DNA of 31,706 nucleotides. It comes from a bacterium. GTDB lineage: Bacteria; Zhuqueibacterota; Zhuqueibacteria; Oceanimicrobiales; Oceanimicrobiaceae. Below are positions 8,067-16,932 of this stretch, piece by piece. The position numbers were made by a program, and so were the translations under genes. The notes beneath the pieces were generated by a model. That model worked only from the letters and a program-made list of their open reading frames with translations. It was not told the origin of the DNA and did no database searches. Location: contig JBBIIG010000047.1 in NCBI GenBank assembly GCA_037446635.1, positions 1 through 31,706 of the forward strand. The letters run 5' to 3'. Within the stretch, counting starts at the first letter, position 1. Every line of letters begins with the position of its first letter.

Positions 8067-10406
8067 CTAATTTTCCGGAAAGCGCATCCGCCGCATCAGA
8101 TCTTGAAAGCGCGGATCGGAACGCAAATTATTCCATTTCGGCTCGACTTTCAAAAAGGTCATTTTCGGGTCGCGCTGTTCATAACCTCGCTTCAACCAAG
8201 CGAGCGTTTCGTCGTGGTCTCTCAAACCGTTATAAATCAGCGCGATATTATAGGGCGGAACGTGACGCACGTTTGATCGTTTCAATAGTGCTTCAAGCTG
8301 GGTTCGCGCCTCCGCTTGTTTGCCCAGCCTCGCCAAAGCATAACCGAGGAACGCCATTGAGTGGGTTTCCCCACCGGAGAGTTCTTTCGACTTGCGCGCT
8401 TCGGCGATTGCTTCAGCAAGCATTCCCTTCTCGATATAAGCGCTTGCAGCATGTAAATGAGGAAACCAAAAATTCGGGTCGAGCTCGAATGTCTTCTGCA
8501 ATCGGGCCAGCGCTTCATCGGAACGCCCGGCGTGAATGAGAAACTGCCCTTCCAGCGCGCCGACAAACGGAGAAAGCGGGTCAAGCTCTCTGGCGCGTTT
8601 GATTTCGGCGAGTCCTTCCGCGTGCCGTCCCGTGTTTGAAAGTAAATGCGCATAAAACAGATGCGTGTCCACACTGTTTGGATTAAGCTCCAAGGCTCGT
8701 TGGTATTGCTTTTCGGCTTCGGTCCAATTCCAATCGTACCAAAATATGTTGGAACCGAGAGCGGTATGAGCTTCGGCGAGGGCATCGTCAATGTCGATGG
8801 CTTTTTGCGCCGCCGCTTTCGATTTCGGATAAAATTCGGTTGGAGTCATTTCTCCGGCGAGCGCAAGCGAGCGATATGCTTCCGAGAGTCCGACATAGGC
8901 AAGCGCATAAGCGGGGTCAATTTCAATTGCTTGTTGTAAATATGAGATGCCTTTTTGGGCTTCCGGCGGCGTTAGCTTCAAAAGATGGTAACGTCCCTTG
9001 AGATAAAGCTCATAGGCTTCGGCATTGGCGGTGTAGGTCTTTGCCAACTTCCGCTCGTCCGCGCTTGATAACTTCATCCGCAATTTGTTTGACACATCAT
9101 GTGAGATCTCGCCCGGCAACGAAGCCAGGTCGGCCAGTTTGCGAATGTACTGCTCGCCCCAGATTTGATTACCCGTCCGCACATTGACCAATTCCAGGCT
9201 GAGCGTCAAGTTCTCGCCACGATCGACCACGCGCCCATTTAACACAGCCTGCACGGCTAACTCCTCCCCCGCTTTTTGCGGCTCAACGTCTTTACGCTTG
9301 TAACGAAACACCGTGCTGCGCGCTTTGACCGAAAGATGGGGCAGTTGTGACAGGCTGTTGATGAGTGATTCCGTCATGCCATCCGACAGGTATTCGATAT
9401 CAGGATCCCCGCTTGAATTAACGAACGGCAGAACGGCAATAGAATCAATCGGCCCGCCATGGCCGGTAAATAGATTGAATAGAACAAAGGCGAGTGAAAT
9501 AAACAGGACGGCGATGCCGCCATACAAATACGCTCTATTTTTTCCGGCAGATTTGACGCCGGCCAACGGCTGTTTCGAAACGCCTGAGGCATAACCCCTT
9601 TGCAGCGCGCGAAGGTCAACTAATATTTCATCAGTATGCTGGTAGCGTTCAAGGGGCTTTTTAGCCAAGGCCTTATTTACAATGCGCTCCAATTCCATTG
9701 ACACGCCGGTACGCAAACCTGTCACAGGTTCCGGCTCTTCATTCATGATCGAATACATCACCGCCTGTTCGTAATCGCCTTTGAAGGGATGCAGCCCGGT
9801 GATCATCTCGTAAAGCACGACGCCCAAAGCCCAAATATCCGTGCGGTGATCCGCGTCTATCCCTTGTGCTTGTTCCGGCGACATATACGCCACCGTGCCG
9901 ACGGTCATGCCGGTTTTGGTAAGGCGCGTCTTCTGTCCGGCCAACTTCGCCAAGCCGAAATCCATGATCTTTGCCTGGCCTTTGGTTGTGATCATGATAT
10001 TCGCCGGCTTGATGTCGCGGTGGGTGATCTTTTTCTCGTGCGCGGCTTGCAAGCCCTCGGCAACTTGCGTGGCGAGGTTGATGGCCTCGTCGATTTTCAG
10101 CGGCCCGGCGGCAATTTTTTCTTTCAAGCTCGCGCCTTCGACGAACTCCATCGCGATGAATTGCTGCCCATCCGCCTCATCGATTTCGTAGATGGTGCAA
10201 ATATTCGGGTGATTCAACGCCGCGGCGGCTTGTGCCTCGTGAACCAAACGGATTTTCTCTGATTCGCCCGCCATCATGGACGATGGCAGAAACTTGAGCG
10301 CGACAACGCGCTTGAGCTTCTTATCCTCAGCTTTGTAGACGACGCCCATGCCGCCTTCGCCGAGCTTGGCGAGAATTTTGTAGTGGGAAATGGTTTTGCC
10401 GATCAT
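8067..10406 (-). CDS. Hanks-type Ser/Thr protein kinase with hydrophobic segment, TolB-N-like domain and TPR repeats
   Basis: GEGGMG, VALK, HRDIKPAN, DFGLAK, YMSPEQ, DIWALG; hydrophobic LYGGIAVLFISLAFVLFNLF; SIAVLPF...EYLSDGMTESLINSLS; multiple TPRs; LRSDPRFQDLMRRM end. ATG 10406 matches paralog starts. Confidence 0.95.
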   Translation of the reverse strand: MIGKTISHYKILAKLGEGGMGVVYKAEDKKLKRVVALKFLPSSMMAGESEKIRLVHEAQAAAALNHPNICTIYEIDEADGQQFIAMEFVEGASLKEKIAAGPLKIDEAINLATQVAEGLQAAHEKKITHRDIKPANIMITTKGQAKIMDFGLAKLAGQKTRLTKTGMTVGTVAYMSPEQAQGIDADHRTDIWALGVVLYEMITGLHPFKGDYEQAVMYSIMNEEPEPVTGLRTGVSMELERIVNKALAKKPLERYQHTDEILVDLRALQRGYASGVSKQPLAGVKSAGKNRAYLYGGIAVLFISLAFVLFNLFTGHGGPIDSIAVLPFVNSSGDPDIEYLSDGMTESLINSLSQLPHLSVKARSTVFRYKRKDVEPQKAGEELAVQAVLNGRVVDRGENLTLSLELVNVRTGNQIWGEQYIRKLADLASLPGEISHDVSNKLRMKLSSADERKLAKTYTANAEAYELYLKGRYHLLKLTPPEAQKGISYLQQAIEIDPAYALAYVGLSEAYRSLALAGEMTPTEFYPKSKAAAQKAIDIDDALAEAHTALGSNIFWYDWNWTEAEKQYQRALELNPNSVDTHLFYAHLLSNTGRHAEGLAEIKRARELDPLSPFVGALEGQFLIHAGRSDEALARLQKTFELDPNFWFPHLHAASAYIEKGMLAEAIAEARKSKELSGGETHSMAFLGYALARLGKQAEARTQLEALLKRSNVRHVPPYNIALIYNGLRDHDETLAWLKRGYEQRDPKMTFLKVEPKWNNLRSDPRFQDLMRRMRFPEN

Positions 10407-10484
10407 GGCATCACCCAAATTAATGCTTGCTTTTTCGTCCCCAATAGGTTAAATTTTATTTGATTAAACCGGAGGAAAACTCTT

Positions 10485-10700
10485 ATGCGTCTTGATGAAA
10501 TTCGCGAAATCGTTAAGGCCCGTCCTTTTAAGGCTTTTGAAATTCACGTTGATAATGGTGAAAATTATATCATCAGACACGCGGAAAACATCTTTATTAC
10601 CCCGCATCTCATTATTACAGTTGATGAACAAGGGAAAACGATAATTATAGCGCCGGAGGCTATAAGCGCACTTTCTTTTTTCGATGGACAACATAAATAA
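10485..10700 (+). CDS. Small hypothetical protein (71 aa)
   Basis: GGAGG RBS; protein-like beta-rich sequence with PF..F.IH..NG..Y.IRH.E pattern; AT-rich and opposite in strand to the flanking kinases. Confidence 0.7.
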   Translation: MRLDEIREIVKARPFKAFEIHVDNGENYIIRHAENIFITPHLIITVDEQGKTIIIAPEAISALSFFDGQHK

Positions 10701-10744
10701 GAGCTTGGCCATTTTGATAGCTGTGTCATTCATGAAGTAAAAAT

Positions 10745-10841
10745 TGAAAAGCGATGGTGAAAGGTGCACCCCTCACTCTTCACCTTTCGCCCTTCACTCT
10801 TCCCCCAACATCCCCCAATCCCCATACTTCCGCAAATTCTC
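10745..10841. repeat. Inverted heptamer arrays followed by degenerate 7-8-mer array
   Basis: TGAAAAG CGATGG TGAAAGG TG | CACCCCT CACTCTT CACCTTT CGCCCTT CACTCTT, then CCCCCAAC ATCCCCC AATCCCC ATACTTCC GCAAATTC. Confidence 0.7.
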
Positions 10842-11390
10842 TTCTTCGCCGCGCGCCTGTTCCGGCGACATGTAAGCCACCGTGCCCAACGTCATCCCTT
10901 CTTTGGTGACCACCGTTCGACCTGCCAGTTTCGCCAGGCCAAAATCCATGATCTTCGCCTGGCCTTTGTTTGTGATCATCACGTTGGCCGGTTTAATATC
11001 GCGATGCGTGATGCCCTTCTCGTGCGCAGCTTGCAAGCCTTCGGCAACTTGCGTTGCGAGGTTGATGGCCTCGTCGATTTTCAGCGGCCCGGCGGCAATT
11101 TTTTCTTTCAAGCTCGCGCCTTCGACAAATTCCATCGCGATGAATTGCTGCCCCTCCGCTTCGTCAATTTCGTGAATGGTGCAGATGTTGGGATGATTCA
11201 ACGCCGAGGCGGCCTTGGCTTCGTGGATGAAGCGCTTCTTTTCTTCTTCATCCGCCGAAAGATGATGTGGAAGAAACTTGAGGGCGACGAAGCGGTCGAG
11301 TTTGAGGTCCCGGGCTTTGTAGACGACGCCCATGTCCCCGCCGCCAAGCTTTTCGAGGATTTTGTAGCGGGAAATTGCCTTGTCGATCAT
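10794..11390 (-). pseudogene. Truncated Ser/Thr kinase (subdomains I-VIII only)
   Basis: Degenerate start MIDKAISRY and Gly loop GGGDMG. Has HRDIKPAN, DFGLAK and YMSPEQ, then runs into repeats and stops; lacks subdomains IX-XI. Confidence 0.88.
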
Positions 11391-11440
11391 TTGCGCCTCA
11401 CAGGCATTTCGTATCTGCGTCTAAATTGCTCGAATACAAA

Positions 11441-11719
11441 ATCCCGTAGTGATGAAATGTTTATAGAAAAACGCCGCCCCTTCATCACAAACTCCGTAGG
11501 AGTTAAATACATGTCACTCCTACGGAGTTTTTTGTGCTTCATTTGTGTTCGTGCTATAAACATTGCACTCCTATCGGAGTTAAAAATCGCCATCGCCTCA
11601 TGATGATTGCGCTAATCCCGTAGGGATGAGATGTTTATAACACCTCGACGGGCCAAACTCCGTAGGAGTAATATGTCCTCATGGTGCAATTACATTAAAC
11701 ACTATGCTCCTATCGGAGT
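11441..11719. repeat. Two tandem nested REP/MITE-like palindromic elements (CTCCGTAGGAG / ATGTTTATAG family)
   Basis: Perfect 15-bp inner arms 11489-11503 and 11516-11530; perfect 11-bp outer arms 11456-11466 and 11554-11564; second degenerate copy at about 11615-11719. Confidence 0.85.
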
Positions 11720-11807
11720 GGAAAACAACGCCGAGCTTATCTAAAATTGTGTGATGCAAGAATGTAAGATTTTTTTCATGGCCGCTCCACGCTTTTCGCT
11801 CTTCTCC

Positions 11808-13559
11808 TTAATACCGCCAGCTCGTCGTATCGGCACCGGCCGGCGCACTGGCGCGAATACGCGCCATAATCTTCGGCGCGTGCATTTGATGATAGCGCAA
11901 TCGCGAAATCGCGTTGGGCCGCTCGTGATCGCCGTTCCAGCAGTGCTCGGCGCGGTCGCCGTAATCCACTTCGCCGCCGTAATGTGGATCAGTGGTGCCG
12001 TTCAAAAATTCCTCAACTAAATACACAGCGTTGTTGAGATAGTAATTATCCATATCGCCGCAATAGATGTTGATTTTTCCTTCGAGCCTTTTTCCAATTT
12101 TGGGCCAGTCGCGCTTGAGAATGTAACCGAGATCATAATTCTCTCGCCAGTACTCCGCCACTGACCGATCGATGTCGCCGGTCATCTTATCCCAAATCGG
12201 TTTGGGATAACCGTCTTCGCCAACCGGCGAATACACCGCCTGCCAGATGTCCCACTGATCGCCCGAACGGGAATTGGTGCCGAGCACCAGCTCGCGGTGA
12301 TTCGTCTCTTCGAGCGTCACGCTCACTTCGCCGAGATAATTGCGCTTTCCCGGCCGCGGCGTCTTCTTGAATTTGCTATCGACGTAATAAGCATTCTTGT
12401 GTTCGTAGATGTTAACAACCGTGTAAGCGCGAAAATCGATGGGATCGGGGCACGCGGCCCAGCAGCCGTTGTACTCGTCCGGATAAAAGACCTGCGCGGC
12501 CAGCGCTTCCCAGCCGCCGGTGGAGCCGCCGTAAAGAAATCGTGCCCAGCCTTCCCCGATTCCGCGAAACTGTTTTTCGACAAACGGAATCAGCTCGTAC
12601 GTGATCGCGTCGCCGTAAGGTCCGAGGTTGGCGGAATTGACGGCGTAAGAGTCATCATAGTAAGGATTGGCGTGTTGAATCTCGATGATGATCATGCGCG
12701 GAAAATCCGGCCCAGTCCAATCTTTGTAAAATTGATAGGCGTGCTCTTGCACGATTTTGTTGTAGCCGTGAATGTTGAAGCGTTTGCTGTATTCCGGTTT
12801 GAGATTCGGGTCGGGCGGCGTTTCACGAAAGCCGCCAAAGGTGTAGGGGAAATGGCCGTGGAAAATCGCCAGGGGGTAGCGCGCCTCGGGATGCTCATCG
12901 AACCCTTCCGGCAAAAGCACGCACGCGCCGAGGTGCATCGGCCGGCCCCAGAATTCCGTCAACAGCTTGCTTTGCATTTTGACGTGTTTGATGTACTTCG
13001 TGTCCTTTGGCGGCTCGATGGGCGGAATTTCCTGATCGAGCAAGATTTGAATCACTTCATCTTTCGTGGGATCAATATGCAACTTTTTAGGCGTACTAAA
13101 AAGATTTCCCGGCGCGCGATTCCATTGCTGGCCTTCGCCGCGATCCATCGGCAGTTTCAAAACCCGGCCGTCTTTGAGATGGAAGGTCTCGTAACGATGC
13201 AGCAGCGCTTGCACCCAGTACTCCCCCGGCGGGATTTCAGAAATACTTTTTAGTGGATACCCAAAAATCGAAGCGTCGATGACCGCATCCTCTCCCGGCT
13301 TCAAGCCATCGACGTTGACGCCGAAAATCAATTGCGTGTCGGCATCGTCGCTGATTTGAAACCGCGGCTCGGCAGTGCTGTCCGCGGAGATCATCAGCAG
13401 CACCCGGCCATCGAGCGGCTGCGCGCTGCGTTCTTTGGGAAATGAAATTCCAAAACGGAGATTTGTTTGGGAGGATTGCGCGTTTGAGTTCAGAAAATCA
13501 AGATGAAAAATGAAAACAATGAATACCCACAACAGCCACGCCCGAGGGGTTGTTTTCAC
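11808..13559 (-). CDS. Secreted alpha/beta-hydrolase (putative esterase family)
   Basis: GGSTGGW nucleophile elbow, VLLPEGFDEHPEARYP, YAVNSANLGPYGDAITYELIP, GDMDNYYL, AEHCW. AGGAGGA RBS before GTG 13559, then a signal peptide. Confidence 0.8.
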   Translation of the reverse strand: MKTTPRAWLLWVFIVFIFHLDFLNSNAQSSQTNLRFGISFPKERSAQPLDGRVLLMISADSTAEPRFQISDDADTQLIFGVNVDGLKPGEDAVIDASIFGYPLKSISEIPPGEYWVQALLHRYETFHLKDGRVLKLPMDRGEGQQWNRAPGNLFSTPKKLHIDPTKDEVIQILLDQEIPPIEPPKDTKYIKHVKMQSKLLTEFWGRPMHLGACVLLPEGFDEHPEARYPLAIFHGHFPYTFGGFRETPPDPNLKPEYSKRFNIHGYNKIVQEHAYQFYKDWTGPDFPRMIIIEIQHANPYYDDSYAVNSANLGPYGDAITYELIPFVEKQFRGIGEGWARFLYGGSTGGWEALAAQVFYPDEYNGCWAACPDPIDFRAYTVVNIYEHKNAYYVDSKFKKTPRPGKRNYLGEVSVTLEETNHRELVLGTNSRSGDQWDIWQAVYSPVGEDGYPKPIWDKMTGDIDRSVAEYWRENYDLGYILKRDWPKIGKRLEGKINIYCGDMDNYYLNNAVYLVEEFLNGTTDPHYGGEVDYGDRAEHCWNGDHERPNAISRLRYHQMHAPKIMARIRASAPAGADTTSWRY

Positions 13560-13681
13560 GATCCGTTCCTCCTTTAAGTAATACGTCAAAAATAACGGAT
13601 TTTTTTGAAAACGCAAGAAATTGGATTTGAGTTTTTTCCTTTTAATTCTTACGTTTCTCAAAAATTTCGGGAAGGTTACCT

Positions 13682-14800
13682 TTGAAAAAAGTCCATCTAA
13701 TTGTTCTTGGAATGCTCACTCTGCTGTTGGAGTGCCGAAAAACCGCGCCGCCTACGGCTTTGGTATTTCATCCGCAGTTTGTTTTCAACTCCCGCGGCGA
13801 GCTGCTGTTGGCGTGGTGCGAAGAAGATGAATCCGGCGCCAATCTTTTTCTCGCCTCTGTCGATGACAAGAATCAAATCTCAAAACCTACCCGCGTCAAC
13901 CACGTTCCCGGCCTCGTGAATAATAGCCCCTTCGACGAGCTGCGGCCGTCGATCGCAGTTGGCGCCGGCGGCTTGCTGGCGATTGGCTTCACCGATAAAA
14001 ACTGGGACGTGCGGGTCGCCCTCGGCCGCGACGATGGTAAAACCTTCGAGCCTTCGATCAAACTAAATCAGGATACCGCGCGCGCGATGCAATCGTTTGT
14101 CACCGTAGCGTTTGATTCCGAAGGCGGTTTGCACTGCGTTTGGATCGATCCCCGCGACGCGCCGCCGGGCCAGGAGGAACCCTGCGATCTCTATTATGCG
14201 CGGATTTTAGAAAATCAGATCATCGAAAAAAATCTGAGCGCCGAACAAATTCACTCGGTGTGCGGCTGCTGCCGGCCCGGCCTCGCGCTAAACACGGACG
14301 GCGGGCTCGAAGTGATTTTTAGAAACACCGACGGCGCCGGCTATCGTGATATTTTCAAAATAACCAAAAGCGCCGCCAACGAATTTTCACAGCCCACCCG
14401 GCTCGGGCCGCAACTGTGGAAAATTGCTGGCTGCCCGGCTGCCGGGCCGATCGCGGCCAAAGGCTGGACTCTCTGGAACGACGGCTCAACCGGAACCATG
14501 CGGCTGCTCGCGCTCGAAAAAGGCAACGAGATTCCAACGCCGCTGGTAACTTCAGACGAAACCTGGAATCTGAACGGCAGCCCGCGGCCCGTCAAAACCA
14601 ACGATTCCGCACTGAACTTGATCTTGGTTCCCGGCGCTCCAACCGGCAAGCTTCTTCAACTGGAAAACACAACCTGGCAGGTAGCCCCGGAAGAATTGCC
14701 CGAGTGGTGCCGCGACGCCGCATTCGCAAACCGGCAATTGCTTTTGGTGGGCTCAGTAGATGGAAAACTAAAACTCGAAAGTCGTCCCGCTAATTTTTGA
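13682..14800 (+). CDS. Putative lipoprotein, sialidase/BNR-like beta-propeller with CxCC and GCP motifs
   Basis: MKK + hydrophobic + LLEC lipobox-like site; Asp-box-like GRDDGKTF; VWIDPR; VCGCCRP; WKIAGCPAAGP. TTG start uncertain. Confidence 0.65.
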   Translation: MKKVHLIVLGMLTLLLECRKTAPPTALVFHPQFVFNSRGELLLAWCEEDESGANLFLASVDDKNQISKPTRVNHVPGLVNNSPFDELRPSIAVGAGGLLAIGFTDKNWDVRVALGRDDGKTFEPSIKLNQDTARAMQSFVTVAFDSEGGLHCVWIDPRDAPPGQEEPCDLYYARILENQIIEKNLSAEQIHSVCGCCRPGLALNTDGGLEVIFRNTDGAGYRDIFKITKSAANEFSQPTRLGPQLWKIAGCPAAGPIAAKGWTLWNDGSTGTMRLLALEKGNEIPTPLVTSDETWNLNGSPRPVKTNDSALNLILVPGAPTGKLLQLENTTWQVAPEELPEWCRDAAFANRQLLLVGSVDGKLKLESRPANF

Positions 14801-14852
14801 TCTAAACTGACTTTCAAAAACTTTGTACCTTCATGTACTTTGTGGTACTACT

Positions 14853-14920
14853 GTCATTGCGAGCGACCGTAGGGAGCGAAGCAATCTTCTGATGTTCAGG
14901 CGGGGAAATTGCTTCGTCGC
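14853..14920. repeat. Truncated GTCATTGCGAG...GCAAT/ATTGC palindromic repeat element
   Basis: GTCATTGCGAGCGACCGTAGGGAG, then arms CGAAGCAAT (14877-14885) and ATTGCTTCG (14908-14916); the expected closing CTCGCAATGAC is absent. Confidence 0.65.
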
Positions 14921-15021
14921 CTGCAACCTGATTTCAGAATTTCAGAATCCGGGTGGACTCGCCCGAACACTTTGCCGGATTTTACAAAAGTCTTGTTACT
15001 AATAAAAAATGGGGATTATGC

Positions 15022-16791
15022 ATGCGAAGTTTTAAACTCGTCTCGTCCATTCTTATTCAATTTTTTGGGTTGACTAAAATAGTTTTTGCCAGCAGCCCAA
15101 CCGTGGTCTCGTTTCAACCGGCGGCGCAAGCGATGGCCGCCGCCGAGAATCTGCAAATCGTGGTGGAGTTCGCTCAGCCCATCGATCCGCAAAGCGTCAC
15201 CAGCCGCTCGTTTGCGGTGTTTGGCCGCTGGACCGGCGTGTGCCCGGGAAATTTTGTTTTCGAAGATAACAACCGCCGCGTCCGATTCACACCGCTCAAA
15301 ACCTTTTCGGCGGGTGAGTGGATCACCGTTTCGCTTTCAAAAGACATTCAAAATTCTTCGGCCGAAAAATTAGTAAAGGGCTTCGCGTGGAATTTCTGGA
15401 CGCGCGCCGGCGCCGGCAAGCTCGAGTTAGTCGAAACGCGCACCATCAACGTGCGACAGCCCAGCGAGGGCGCCATTCGAACCTACGGCGCCTACGCCGG
15501 CGATCTCGACGGCGACGGCTTCCACGATTTCGCCGCGCCCAATGAATTCGCCAGCGACGTGCGCGTGTTCATGAACGACGGCGCCGGCAACTACTCGGAT
15601 TTCGAGATTTTCGGTCTGCCGGCCAACTCCACGCCCAGCACCAACGAGGGCGGCGATTTCAACGGCGACGGTTTCCTGGATTTTGCCGTCGGCAATATCA
15701 CCGGCAACTCCATGAGCGTGTTTTTGGGAGACGGCAGCGGCCGCTTTTTGCCAGCAATAACGTATCCGGCAGATGAAGCGCCGCGCGGCCTGTGCGTTTT
15801 GGATGTGAACGGCGACGGCACGGTGGATATCGTCACCGCCAACCGGCGCGGTAACAACATTTCCATTTTTCTCAACCACGGCGACGGCACGTTTGCGCCG
15901 CGCCGGGATATGCAAGCGGGGGTGGAAGGCGAGGTCTCGTGCGCCGCGGCCGATATTAATGAGGATGGAATTATTGATCTCTTTGTCGGCGGCTTCAACA
16001 GCGAAGAAGTGGCGGTGATGCTGGGCGACGGCGACGGCGGGTTCGAGTTCGCATCGAAGAAAAGCTCCGGCGGCAACAACTGGATGATCGCCGCCGGCGA
16101 TCTGAACAACGACGGCCACGTGGACGTGGTCACCGCCAATCAAAACCGCGCTCAGTTCGCGCAGCTTTTGGGCGACGGCGCCGGCAACCTCGGCAACGCC
16201 GTGCTGTACAGCGTTGGCGCGGGGCCGCTGGCCATCGATGTGGGCGACCTCGATGGCGACGGCGATCTTGAAGTGGTCACCAGCAACTTTGGTTCGGCGG
16301 ACTGGACGATTTACGAAAACAACGGCAGCGGCGAGTTCAGCAACCCGCGCACGCTACCGGCGCATTTGGCCGGCTCCTGCGCTACCCTGCACGACCGCGA
16401 TCGCGACGGCGATCTCGATCTGACCGGCATCGATGAAATCGAAGATTTGATTTTTATTTTTGACAATCCCGGTTCGGTAACCGACACCACCGGCGAGCCG
16501 CCGCTGCCGGCGCAATTCGAGCTCCAGCAAAGCTTCCCCAATCCCTTTGTGAAAAGCAGCTCGCTGGCATCCGCCATCGTCATTCCTTTTAGAATAAATC
16601 AAACCGCAGCGGTGAGATTAGACGTCTTCAATTTATTAGGGCAGCGCGTGCAAACCGTGCTTGCTGAGCGTCTGCCCTCCGGTTCACATCAGAGACTGCT
16701 CAACGTGGAAACCCTTCCGCCCGGAATTTATTTTTACCGGCTCACCTCCGGTCAAACCACTTCCGCGCGGCGGCTGCTGATTTTGCCGTAA
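15022..16791 (+). CDS. Secreted protein with Ig-like domain, FG-GAP/VCBS repeats and T9SS/FlgD-type C-terminal sorting domain
   Basis: Signal peptide; PTVVSFQP...F.QPIDPQSV (Big_5-like); seven D-x-[DN]-x-DG-x-x-D repeats; C-terminal FELQQSFPNPF...VFNLLGQRVQT...LPPGIYFYRL. Confidence 0.88.
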   Translation: MRSFKLVSSILIQFFGLTKIVFASSPTVVSFQPAAQAMAAAENLQIVVEFAQPIDPQSVTSRSFAVFGRWTGVCPGNFVFEDNNRRVRFTPLKTFSAGEWITVSLSKDIQNSSAEKLVKGFAWNFWTRAGAGKLELVETRTINVRQPSEGAIRTYGAYAGDLDGDGFHDFAAPNEFASDVRVFMNDGAGNYSDFEIFGLPANSTPSTNEGGDFNGDGFLDFAVGNITGNSMSVFLGDGSGRFLPAITYPADEAPRGLCVLDVNGDGTVDIVTANRRGNNISIFLNHGDGTFAPRRDMQAGVEGEVSCAAADINEDGIIDLFVGGFNSEEVAVMLGDGDGGFEFASKKSSGGNNWMIAAGDLNNDGHVDVVTANQNRAQFAQLLGDGAGNLGNAVLYSVGAGPLAIDVGDLDGDGDLEVVTSNFGSADWTIYENNGSGEFSNPRTLPAHLAGSCATLHDRDRDGDLDLTGIDEIEDLIFIFDNPGSVTDTTGEPPLPAQFELQQSFPNPFVKSSSLASAIVIPFRINQTAAVRLDVFNLLGQRVQTVLAERLPSGSHQRLLNVETLPPGIYFYRLTSGQTTSARRLLILP

Positions 16792-16875
16792 TCAAGTTTC
16801 GTCTCGGGAATTTACTGTCACTCAGGAGGAGTCTTTTTTGTCAATCGGATACCTCCCATCTTAGCAAGAATCGGA

Positions 16876-16904
16876 TTGTTCTAATTGGTCGCCGTGATTA
16901 TATT
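16876..16904 (+). promoter_or_regulatory. Possible sigma70 promoter of ada/ogt
   Basis: TTGTTC-17 nt-TATATT upstream of the GAGGAG RBS. Confidence 0.4.
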
Positions 16905-16932
16905 TTCCTCGAAAAAATTGAGGAGAAAAACG

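Noticed and set aside
10494..10508. 15-nt identity (GATGAAATTCGCGAA, peptide RLDEIRE) with the FlgM-like ORF
   Set aside because: Similarity does not extend; probably chance.
10030..11200. Diversity-generating retroelement TR/VR pair from the kinase duplicates
   Set aside because: Differences are mostly synonymous and not adenine-specific, and there is no reverse transcriptase in the window.
11387..11593. 68-aa ORF overlapping the kinase fragment start
   Set aside because: Mostly translation of the palindromic repeat element.
3558..13253. Long antisense ORFs such as 3558-4508, 10764-11603 and 12297-13253
   Set aside because: Shadows of well-supported genes on the opposite strand.
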